From Abditibacterium sp. (GTDB taxonomy: Bacteria; Armatimonadota; Abditibacteriia; Abditibacteriales; Abditibacteriaceae), in the NCBI GenBank assembly GCA_965246885.1, contig OZ251992.1, forward strand, positions 1,792,001 to 1,856,000: DNA of 64,000 bases, given 5' to 3'. Under the pieces are notes generated by a model, which was given only the letters and a program-made list of their open reading frames with translations, was not told where the DNA came from and searched no databases. The number at the start of each line of letters is the position of its first letter. Within the stretch, counting starts at the first letter, position 1. This document shows, in pieces, positions 56,453-64,000 of this stretch. A program made the position numbers and the translations under genes.

Positions 56453-58006
56453 ATGCTGAAAGTTCAACGCGCCACTTCGACGGCGCTGATGGTTGCGCTC
56501 GATGCCGCCGCCTTGTTGCTGGCGTTCTTCTTGGTATGGCAACTGCGCGCCGGAGTGGGGGAGTTCGTCGTGTCGGCTGCCAAGGTTTTGGGCTACAGCA
56601 CGCACGGTTGGGTGCGGCAGGGCGCGCACCACGCGGGGCATGTGGTGCACAAGTCGCACGATTGGCGGCAAATCGCCATGTCGCGCAACGCGATGGTGAA
56701 CCTATCGAACCACCTGTGGGTGCTGTATTTCACCCTCTTCTCGTGGGGGGCGCTCTTGCAGTTGCAGCATGGCTACGACCTCAACGCGCGGCGCAGCGCG
56801 CGCCAAGAGTTCGCGCTGTGCGCGTACACGGGCATCTTGGGCACCGTCGCGCTTCTCGCGTTCATGGCAACGCTGCGCTGGGACACCTCGCGTTTATTTC
56901 TCGGCGGCATCCTGATATTCGGCGTCTTGTTGCTGTGGCTGGCGCGCGTGTTAGTGGCGCCGCTCGCGCAAAAAGCGGCCAAACCGCGCCGCAACGTGCT
57001 ACTCATTGGCCCCGCGCCTGCCGCCGCGCGCTATGCCGGGATGATAGCCACGCCCGCGTATCAGTGGAGCCGCCTCATCGGGTTTATATCCGAGTCACCA
57101 GAGGGCGCGGACGAATTAGGAGTGCGTCACTTGGGCCAACTGTCGGACTTGCCGCGCGTGTTGGACGGCGAGGTCGTGGATGAAGTGGTGCTGGTCAGAA
57201 GTGCCGAAACCGAGCGCGGCCCGAACTGGGGGCACATCTTGGAACTGTGTTTGGAACGGGGGCGCACCGTTTCATTAGTGGAAGACATCGCACCGCCAAC
57301 GGGCGCCAAAGTCGAGGCGACCATGCTCGGCCAGATGCCGGTGTTGACGCTGCATAACACGCCGCAAAAACCGCTCGCCTTGGCCGTGAAGAACGCGATG
57401 GATCGGGTGCTGGCCGCGCTTGCGCTTCTCGTCCTCGCGCCGCTTTTCGCTGTCGTCGCGGTGCTGATTAAGAAGCACGATGGCGGCCCAGTCTTCTATG
57501 CGCAGGAGCGCGTCGGCCTCAATGGGCGCCGTTTCAAGTTCTGGAAGTTCCGCTCGATGAACGTGAACGCGGCGGAGATTTTGGAAACGATGAAGCGCGA
57601 GAATCGCGCGTATTACGACGAAATCAACGTGATGGAAGATCCGTTCTTCAAGGCGCCCGACGACAAAGACCCGCGCATTACGCCGGTCGGTCGGCTCATC
57701 CGCCGCACTTCGATAGACGAACTGCCGCAGTTTTGGAACGTCTTGCGCGGCGAGATGAGCTTGGTCGGCCCCCGTCCGCCGCTCCCCAAAGAAGTCGCCG
57801 AATTGGAGCCTTGGCACCGCCGCAAGCTGTCGGTCAAGGGTGGCCTCACCTGCATCTGGCAGGCAAGCGGCCGCAACGACATCACCGACGTGGACGAATG
57901 GATGCGAATGGACTTGGAATACATCGACAACTGGAGCCTCTGGCTGGACGTCAAGCTGCTGTTTCTAACGATGAAATCGGTAGTCAAGGGAAGCGGGGCA
58001 TCGTAG
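56453..58006 (+). CDS. Polyprenyl-phosphate sugar phosphotransferase (WcaJ/WbaP-like priming transferase)
   Basis: KFRSM, DPRIT.VG..IRRTSIDELPQ.WNVL.GEMSLVGPRP, DLEYIDNWSL. Confidence 0.95.
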   Translation: MLKVQRATSTALMVALDAAALLLAFFLVWQLRAGVGEFVVSAAKVLGYSTHGWVRQGAHHAGHVVHKSHDWRQIAMSRNAMVNLSNHLWVLYFTLFSWGALLQLQHGYDLNARRSARQEFALCAYTGILGTVALLAFMATLRWDTSRLFLGGILIFGVLLLWLARVLVAPLAQKAAKPRRNVLLIGPAPAAARYAGMIATPAYQWSRLIGFISESPEGADELGVRHLGQLSDLPRVLDGEVVDEVVLVRSAETERGPNWGHILELCLERGRTVSLVEDIAPPTGAKVEATMLGQMPVLTLHNTPQKPLALAVKNAMDRVLAALALLVLAPLFAVVAVLIKKHDGGPVFYAQERVGLNGRRFKFWKFRSMNVNAAEILETMKRENRAYYDEINVMEDPFFKAPDDKDPRITPVGRLIRRTSIDELPQFWNVLRGEMSLVGPRPPLPKEVAELEPWHRRKLSVKGGLTCIWQASGRNDITDVDEWMRMDLEYIDNWSLWLDVKLLFLTMKSVVKGSGAS

Positions 58007-58041
58007 GGAGTGGTGGCGGCGGAGCAGACGGCGGTGAAACC

Positions 58042-58419
58042 ATGAAAGAAGACATTCCCGACTACACACAATACTCTCTTGCAGATTTGAGAGATGTGCA
58101 AGCAAGAATAAACAGAGAGAAATACCCGGACACATACGCTGCACTTCAAAACGAGATGAAGAAGCGAGGGTCAGAACAACCTGTCGAGGAATCTTTTCTC
58201 TGGGAGTCACCTTTTCTTGCGCTTCCATCAGCCGCCCTTGGAGTGTATTGCGGTTATTGGGGGCTGGATATAATGCGCGGGCACATTTGGCCCGCGCCGG
58301 GAGCAAGAAATGACTTGGCCCCTTGGCTTGGTGTACTTGTTGGCGGAGGTTGGCTATTCGTAGCCTTGCTTTGCCTAATTCCGTCAGCCATTTTTCTTCG
58401 TATCAGGAGGAAGAGCTAA
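58042..58419 (+). CDS. Hypothetical two-TM membrane protein
   Basis: PDYTQYSL.DL.DV...INREKYPD N-terminus; AT-richer. Confidence 0.75.
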   Translation: MKEDIPDYTQYSLADLRDVQARINREKYPDTYAALQNEMKKRGSEQPVEESFLWESPFLALPSAALGVYCGYWGLDIMRGHIWPAPGARNDLAPWLGVLVGGGWLFVALLCLIPSAIFLRIRRKS

Positions 58420-58420
58420 A

Positions 58421-58621
58421 GTGGAGGAGCGTCTCGTGACCTACACGCTGGAAATGGATGGCCAGTTTTACTTGGTCGAGAACGTGCCCGCGCGCGTGGA
58501 TGTCGAGTCGGGCGAGCAGTTCTTCGCGCCGGAGACAGTCGAGCAGTTGCAGACCATCGTTTGGGGAAAGCAGACGCCGAAACGGATGTTGGCGACGCCG
58601 GTGTATGAGTTCGCGGTGTAG
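58421..58621 (+). CDS. YgiT-type (MqsA N-terminal-like) antitoxin domain, Cys-less, orphan
   Basis: VTYTLE.DG....VENVPARV...GEQFF.PET...LQ....PVYEF. Confidence 0.75.
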   Translation: MEERLVTYTLEMDGQFYLVENVPARVDVESGEQFFAPETVEQLQTIVWGKQTPKRMLATPVYEFAV

Positions 58622-58740
58622 CGAAGGTGCCCCGCGAAACGCCGGGGAGCCGCGCCCCATGCCGCGCGTCTTGACAGGGCGCGAGAAAGACAGGAGAATG
58701 AGAAGCGCCACTCCATGTGGAGGGCCATTGCCGAGGAAAT

Positions 58741-58773
58741 GAAGTGGGCGCTTTGCGGCCCGCTTTTTGTTTT
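58741..58773 (+). promoter_or_regulatory. rimP/nusA-leader-like terminator hairpin
   Basis: gaagtgggc-gctttgcg-gcccgcttt-ttgtttt, downstream of TTGACA-17-GAGAAT (58671-58699). Confidence 0.65.
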
Positions 58774-58825
58774 GCCTCGAAACAGTGGCGTTTTTGGATG
58801 CGAGAGGCGCGCAGTACAAAAGAAT

Positions 58826-60148
58826 ATGGCAATCACTAAAAAGGTCATGAAGACCGAGCAAGAGACCCGTTCGGAGATGCTGGACGCGCTCCGCATGGTC
58901 TCCGAAGAAAAGAATATCCCCGTCGAAACCCTCGTCGAGAGCATCGAAGGCGCGCTCGTTTCGGCGTATAAGCGCGCGTTTGGCGGCGTCGGGCAAGTGC
59001 GCATCGAGGCCGATTTCGGGCGCTCCGATTTCCGCGTCTTCGCCACCAAGCTCGTGGTGCAAAGCGTGGTTAACGCGAACACCGAAGTCGCGTGGCGCGA
59101 AGCGCGCGAGCAAGACCCGCAGGTTAACCTCGGCGATTACATGGAGCGCGAAGTGACGCCCGCCGGGTTCGGTCGCGTCGCGGCCTTAACCGCCAAGCAG
59201 GTTTTGATGCAGCGCCTGCGCGAAGTGGAGCGCGTGCAAGTCGCGTCGGAATACGCCGACAAGCAGGGCGAACTGTTCCGGGGCACCGTGTCGCGCTTGG
59301 AGCGCGGCGATGTCTTCATGCAAGTCGGCAAAGCGGAAGCGCTTCTGCCGCGTAAGGAGCAAGCGGTCGGCGAATCGTATCGCACCGGCGAAAGCTACTT
59401 TATCTTCGTGGTGGACGTGCGCCACGATTCCGGCCCGCACGGGCCAGCCTTAGTTGTCTCGCGCACCCATCCGGGCCTCTTGCGCAACCTGTTCACGCGC
59501 GAAGTGCCCGAAATCGCGGAGGGCATCGTTGAACTCAAGGCCATTGCGCGCGAAGCGGGGCAACGCTCCAAGATCGCGGTGTGGGCGCAAAACCCCGACG
59601 TTGACCCGGTCGGCTCGTGCGTGGGGCCGCGCGGCAACCGCGTCGCCAAGGTCGTCGGCGAACTGGGTCTCGAAAAGGTGGATATCATTCGCTGGAACAC
59701 CGACCCCGCCGCTTTTATCACCAACGCCCTTTCGCCCGCCCGCGTGCTTTCCGTCCAACTGAAGGACGACAAGACCGGCATCGGGCCGGGAACCGCGACG
59801 GTCATTGTCGCCGAAGATCAGCAGTCCCTCGCCATTGGCAAGCAGGGGCAAAACGTGCGCTTGGCCGCCAAACTGACGGGCTGGCGCATTGACGTGCGCA
59901 CGGAAAAGCAGTTCGCCGAAGAACAAGCCAAGAAGATGTTCACCCCCGGCGGCGCGCTCGCTCCGGCTGCGGGCGTCACGGTGTCGTCGCCGCTCGACGC
60001 GCTTTTCTCGGTCGAGGAGACGGCGACGCCAGTTCCAACCGGCGCGGGCGCGAACTCCGACTTCGACCTGATGGGCGACGACGCGACGCAGGCCCTCTTT
60101 GAGGTGCCCGTTTCCGATGAGGCTGCGGGCGAGGAGACGCGCGCTTGA
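58826..60148 (+). CDS. nusA: Transcription termination factor NusA
   Basis: FGRVAA.TAKQ, VSRTHP, EVPEI, AREAG.RSKIAV, LAIGKQGQNVRLAAKLTGW. Confidence 0.98.
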   Translation: MAITKKVMKTEQETRSEMLDALRMVSEEKNIPVETLVESIEGALVSAYKRAFGGVGQVRIEADFGRSDFRVFATKLVVQSVVNANTEVAWREAREQDPQVNLGDYMEREVTPAGFGRVAALTAKQVLMQRLREVERVQVASEYADKQGELFRGTVSRLERGDVFMQVGKAEALLPRKEQAVGESYRTGESYFIFVVDVRHDSGPHGPALVVSRTHPGLLRNLFTREVPEIAEGIVELKAIAREAGQRSKIAVWAQNPDVDPVGSCVGPRGNRVAKVVGELGLEKVDIIRWNTDPAAFITNALSPARVLSVQLKDDKTGIGPGTATVIVAEDQQSLAIGKQGQNVRLAAKLTGWRIDVRTEKQFAEEQAKKMFTPGGALAPAAGVTVSSPLDALFSVEETATPVPTGAGANSDFDLMGDDATQALFEVPVSDEAAGEETRA

Positions 60149-60149
60149 C

Positions 60150-60404
60150 ATGAGCGCGGCGGTTCGCACTTGCATTGCGTGCGGCAAGAAAGGCGCGCGC
60201 GACGAGTTCTGGCGCTTCAAAGCGAAAAGCGGCGAAGCGCCTGCGCTCGACGAAAAGAACCAATCAGGGCGCGGCGCGAGCGTGTGCCAAAGCGCGGTGT
60301 GTTTGGAGAAAGCCATCGCCCGCCGCGCTTTCGAGCGCGCCCTGAAACTCAAGGAGCCGCTTTCGAGCGGCTTCAAACAACAACTACGACAAAAAACCGG
60401 ATAG
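60150..60404 (+). CDS. ylxR: YlxR (RnpM) family RNA-binding protein
   Basis: RTCIAC, GRGA.VC...C, FERALK; position between nusA and infB. Confidence 0.92.
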   Translation: MSAAVRTCIACGKKGARDEFWRFKAKSGEAPALDEKNQSGRGASVCQSAVCLEKAIARRAFERALKLKEPLSSGFKQQLRQKTG

Positions 60405-60464
60405 AGCGGACGCCGAAGGGAATCACTTTGGGAGCCAGCTTGTCCGTCCAAAGGTGATTCATTA

Positions 60465-63164
60465 GTGGATAAAGTCCGAATTTACGATTTAGCAAAAGAG
60501 TTGAGCGTTTCCCCGAAAGAGATATTGGATATGCTGGGTTCCATCGGCGTGACCAACCGCGTCGCGTCGAGCGCCATCCCCGTCACCGCCGCCAACAGCG
60601 TGCGGCAGATCATCGCCAACAAGCGCAACCCCGGCAGCGCCCCAACCGCAGCCAGCGAAGCGGCAACCGCCGTCGCCACCGCAACCATCGCGCCGCCCGC
60701 CCCGCCAACAACCGCGCCCGCCGCCAATGGCAACGGAGCTACCGCGCGACCCGCCGCTCCCAATGGCAACGGCGCGCCCAGTGGCCCGCGCACCGATTAC
60801 CGCAGTGGCGGCGACTCTCGCCCACCTGCGCCAAGCGGCGCTTATGCCAACCGCCAACCCAATGGCGGGGACAATCGCGGCAACGACAACCGCCCGCCCG
60901 CGCAAGACGGTTACGGCAGTCGCAGCAACGTGGACAACCGCCCTTCCGCTCAAGGAACCGGCGCCCCGCAAAACTCGGCGCCGTCCTCCGCGCCCACGCA
61001 AGGTCAGGGACAAACTGGCGGTTATCAAGGCAACCGTCCACCCGGTCAGGGGCAAAGTGGCGGCTACCAAGGGAATCGCCCGCAAGGGCAGGGCAATGGG
61101 TATCAAGGCAACCGTCCGCAAGGGCAGGGCGGCGGTAACTTTGGCCCCCGTCCCGGTGGTGGCGGTGGCCCACGTCCGGGTGGCCCCGCGCGTGGCCCAC
61201 GTCCTGCTGCTCCGGCTGCCGGAACTCCCGGCGCGCCCAAGCCGCAAGACCCGAACGCTTCGCAGTTCGCAATGGGCGGGCGCGACAAGCGCAACGCGCG
61301 GCGCGGCAAGTATCAGGGCAACAACCGCAGTGGGCGCGGCCTCTTCGACCGCGCGCCCGAAACGCGCGAGGAAGCGCCGCTCACCGACGCCGATATGACC
61401 ATCACCGTCGCGGGCGAAGGCGGCATCACCGTTTCCGACCTCGCGGCCAAAATGCGCAAACCCGCTTCGCAACTCATCAAAGACTTGCTCGGCATGGGCC
61501 TGATGCGCGCCGCCAACACGCCCCTCGAAATGGATACGGCCTCGCAATTGGCGGGCAAATACGGCTTTGCCGTCGAGCGCGAAGCGACCCGCGCCGAAGT
61601 CAACGTCTTGGAAGAAGAGAACCCCGACGAGCTTATCCCCGTGCCGCCGGTCGTCGTCGTCATGGGACACGTAGATCACGGCAAGACCTCTTTGCTCGAC
61701 CGCATCCGCAAGGCCAACGTGCAATCGGGCGAAGCGGGCGGCATCACCCAGCGCATCGGCGCCTACGAAGCGTTCCACAACGGGCACCGCATGGTGTTCC
61801 TCGATACGCCCGGTCACGAGGCGTTCACCCGCATGCGGGCGCGCGGCGCGCACGTCACGGACATCGCCATCCTCGTGGTGGCGGCGGACGATGGCATCAT
61901 GCCGCAAACCCGCGAAGCCATAGATCACGCCCGCGCCGCCAAAGTGCCCGTTATCGTCGCGCTCAATAAGATAGACAAAGAGGGCGCCAACATTGACCGC
62001 ATCAACTCGCAACTCGCCGAAGCGGGCCTCGTGCCCGTCTCGTATGGCGGCGATGTCGAAGTCATTCCCGTCTCGGCCAAAACCGGCCAAGGCGTCGAGG
62101 ACTTGCTGGATACAGTTCTCATCCAAGCCGAACTGCTCGAACTCAAAGCGAATCCGGGCGGCCTCTCGATGGGCACGGTCATCGAAGCGCGCCAAGACCC
62201 CAATCGTGGGCCGGTTGCCACCGTCTTGCTGCATCGCGGCACTCTCGAAGTCGGCGATTCGGTCGCCATCGGCGATGTGTATGGCCGCGTGCGGCAGATG
62301 CTCGATTACAACGGCAAGCCCCTCAAAGTCGCTGGCCCGAAAACGCCCATCTATCTGACGGGTTTATCGGGCGTGCCGGACGCGAGCGATTCGATGCGCG
62401 AGTTCGAGGACTACGCCGAGGCCCGCGAGTATGCCGAGAGCTTCTCGGAAGATGCGCGGGAAGCGCGCGGCAACGCGACCATGCGCGGCCTCGAAGACTT
62501 ACAACGCCTCATCCAACAAGGCGACGTGAAAGACCTGAACCTCATCGTCAAAGCCGACGGGCAGGGCAGCGTCGAAGCGCTCGCCGCGAGTTTGGCGGGC
62601 CTCGCGCACACCGAAGTGCGCCCCGTCATCAAGCTGCGCGGCGCGGGCGTTGTGAGCGAATCGGACGTGGACTTGGCGTCCGCGACCGGCTCCATCATCA
62701 TCGCTTTCGCCGTCGGCGTGGACTCCAGCGCCCGCGCCTTGGCCGAGCGGGAAGGCGTCGAAATCCGCGAATACAGCGTCATTTACGGAGTTCTGGACGA
62801 CGTGAAAGCCGCCTTGGAAGGGATGCTCAAGCCGCTCTTCGAGGAGAAATACTCCGGCGAAGCCGAAGTGCGCGCCCTCTTCAAGTCCACCAAAGCTGGA
62901 ACGATTGCGGGCTGTCTCATCAAGGACGGCAAGTTCGTCAAGGGCGGCATCCTGCGCATCTTCCGCGCGAACAAGAAGATTTTCGAGGGCAAAGTGGACT
63001 CCCTGCGCCACTACAAAGACGAGGTCAAGGAGATGGGCATGGGCAGTGAGTGCGGCATCTCGGCCAACGGCTTCAACGACGTGCAAGAAGGCGACATCAT
63101 GCGCTGTTTCGTGATGGAGCAGATCGTCAGGACGCTCGACTCGCCGCCGGTGAAGGCGAAGTAA
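60465..63164 (+). CDS. infB: Translation initiation factor IF-2
   Basis: [35 protein letters not shown]. Confidence 0.99.
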   Translation: MDKVRIYDLAKELSVSPKEILDMLGSIGVTNRVASSAIPVTAANSVRQIIANKRNPGSAPTAASEAATAVATATIAPPAPPTTAPAANGNGATARPAAPNGNGAPSGPRTDYRSGGDSRPPAPSGAYANRQPNGGDNRGNDNRPPAQDGYGSRSNVDNRPSAQGTGAPQNSAPSSAPTQGQGQTGGYQGNRPPGQGQSGGYQGNRPQGQGNGYQGNRPQGQGGGNFGPRPGGGGGPRPGGPARGPRPAAPAAGTPGAPKPQDPNASQFAMGGRDKRNARRGKYQGNNRSGRGLFDRAPETREEAPLTDADMTITVAGEGGITVSDLAAKMRKPASQLIKDLLGMGLMRAANTPLEMDTASQLAGKYGFAVEREATRAEVNVLEEENPDELIPVPPVVVVMGHVDHGKTSLLDRIRKANVQSGEAGGITQRIGAYEAFHNGHRMVFLDTPGHEAFTRMRARGAHVTDIAILVVAADDGIMPQTREAIDHARAAKVPVIVALNKIDKEGANIDRINSQLAEAGLVPVSYGGDVEVIPVSAKTGQGVEDLLDTVLIQAELLELKANPGGLSMGTVIEARQDPNRGPVATVLLHRGTLEVGDSVAIGDVYGRVRQMLDYNGKPLKVAGPKTPIYLTGLSGVPDASDSMREFEDYAEAREYAESFSEDAREARGNATMRGLEDLQRLIQQGDVKDLNLIVKADGQGSVEALAASLAGLAHTEVRPVIKLRGAGVVSESDVDLASATGSIIIAFAVGVDSSARALAEREGVEIREYSVIYGVLDDVKAALEGMLKPLFEEKYSGEAEVRALFKSTKAGTIAGCLIKDGKFVKGGILRIFRANKKIFEGKVDSLRHYKDEVKEMGMGSECGISANGFNDVQEGDIMRCFVMEQIVRTLDSPPVKAK

Positions 63165-63169
63165 GCCGC

Positions 63170-63205
63170 AAGCCGCGCCCCGAAAGGGGCGCGGCTTTTT
63201 GTTTT
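63170..63205 (+). terminator. Terminator after infB
   Basis: aagccgcgcccc-gaaa-ggggcgcggctt-tttgtttt. Confidence 0.9.
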
Positions 63206-63231
63206 CTTTGCCTCCGAAAAACCCGCACTTC

Positions 63232-63370
63232 GTAGGGGCGCTACTTGCCGCGTCCAACGCGAGGATGTAGTAGTTGGGGACTTGGACGAACTGCCTGTTT
63301 GTCGCGCGGACGCGGCAAGCAGCGTCCCTATGAAATGCGGCTGGGTAGGGCACCGCGCGTGCCATGTCCT
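63232..63370. repeat. GTAG-type REP cluster
   Basis: gtaggggcgctacttgccgcgtcc ... ggacgcggcaagcagcgtccctat; third degenerate gtagggcac.. at 63345. Confidence 0.75.
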
Positions 63371-63383
63371 CAAACTCCCCTCC

Positions 63384-63812
63384 ATGTTCCCCATCCTCCT
63401 CGCGCTCCTCATCGGCGCGCTGCTGTCCGTTCAAGTGGGCGTCAACAACGTCCTGCGCGCCGCGTGGGATGCGCCGATTTGGGCGGCGTTCACCTCGTTT
63501 TTCGTGGGCGCGTTGGGGCTTTTGCTCGCGGGAATGGCGACGCGGGCGCCGCTTCCGACGCGCTTCGATGTTCCGGTTTGGGCGTGGACGGGCGGACTAT
63601 TGGGCGCGGTGTATGTCGCCCTCTCGGTGGTGCTGGTGGATAAAATCGGCGTCGGGACGTTGACGGCGTGCGTCGTCGCGGGCCAAATCGCGGCGTCGCT
63701 CCTCATTGACCATTTCGGCTGGTTGCGCGTGCCACATCATGCCCTGTCGCCGGGGCGCGTCGCGGGCGTGGTGCTACTGGGCGTCGGGGTGTGGCTGGTG
63801 AAGCGGTTCTAA
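63384..63812 (+). CDS. DMT/YdcZ family transporter
   Basis: Q.G.N..L, SFFVG, W.W.GGLLGA.YV, GQ...SLLIDHFG. Confidence 0.92.
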   Translation: MFPILLALLIGALLSVQVGVNNVLRAAWDAPIWAAFTSFFVGALGLLLAGMATRAPLPTRFDVPVWAWTGGLLGAVYVALSVVLVDKIGVGTLTACVVAGQIAASLLIDHFGWLRVPHHALSPGRVAGVVLLGVGVWLVKRF

Positions 63813-63868
63813 AGAATGTTCCCGCCAAAGCGCCCAACTTCGGCCCCGTTTGCGCCTCTAATGGTTCC

Positions 63869-64000
63869 ATGCTTCGCCGCACGCTTCCTCTTCTCCTCGT
63901 TCTCGTTCCCCTCGCCGCCCGCGCGCAAGGGCCGACCACCATCCAGTCGGGCCAGACCATCCAAATTCCCGTCCCCTCCAACGCCGACAAACCCCGTTTG
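63869..64000 (+). CDS. Secreted protein, partial (runs off window end)
   Basis: MLRRTLPLLLVLVPLAARAQGPTT..., open to the end of the window. Confidence 0.7.
   Translation, partial: MLRRTLPLLLVLVPLAARAQGPTTIQSGQTIQIPVPSNADKPRL

Overview
GC-rich bacterial chromosomal window. Gene content (DUF1559/H-X9-DG prepilin-type protein, lgt/lspA, an outer-membrane beta-barrel exporter) suggests a diderm of the Armatimonadota/Abditibacteriota group; this is inference only. The first 17 kb (minus strand) is tuf plus the S10/spc ribosomal protein cluster. It lacks fusA upstream and secY downstream, and is repeatedly interrupted: transaldolase, a small membrane ORF and tRNA-Ser sit between rplC and rplD; an Imm22-like gene, another AT-richer orphan and a 47-aa membrane ORF sit between r-protein genes; rpsE overlaps rpmD by 146 nt; and a PIN toxin-antitoxin cassette is bracketed by a diverged duplication of the rplO 3' end and its terminator. 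The middle holds a lipase, a PAS-GGDEF-EAL protein, fabI, a clan-A glycoside hydrolase, mutL (with a D->N change in the endonuclease motif), Uma2, moaB, tRNA-Ile, DUF1559, an M48 peptidase, sseA and envelope genes (serine hydrolase, dacB, lspA, lgt, aat, namZ). At 45-55 kb is a candidate two-gene exopolysaccharide system: a PilZ-less BcsA-like synthase fused to a large C-terminal domain, followed by a ~1980-aa TPR plus beta-barrel protein. The end holds tRNA-Cys/Gln, DUF2330, a priming glycosyltransferase, and nusA-ylxR-infB behind a rimP-type leader with no rimP gene. Intergenic DNA carries several REP-like palindrome families and five arrays with a 21-nt period. No CRISPR, rRNA, integrase or transposase was seen.
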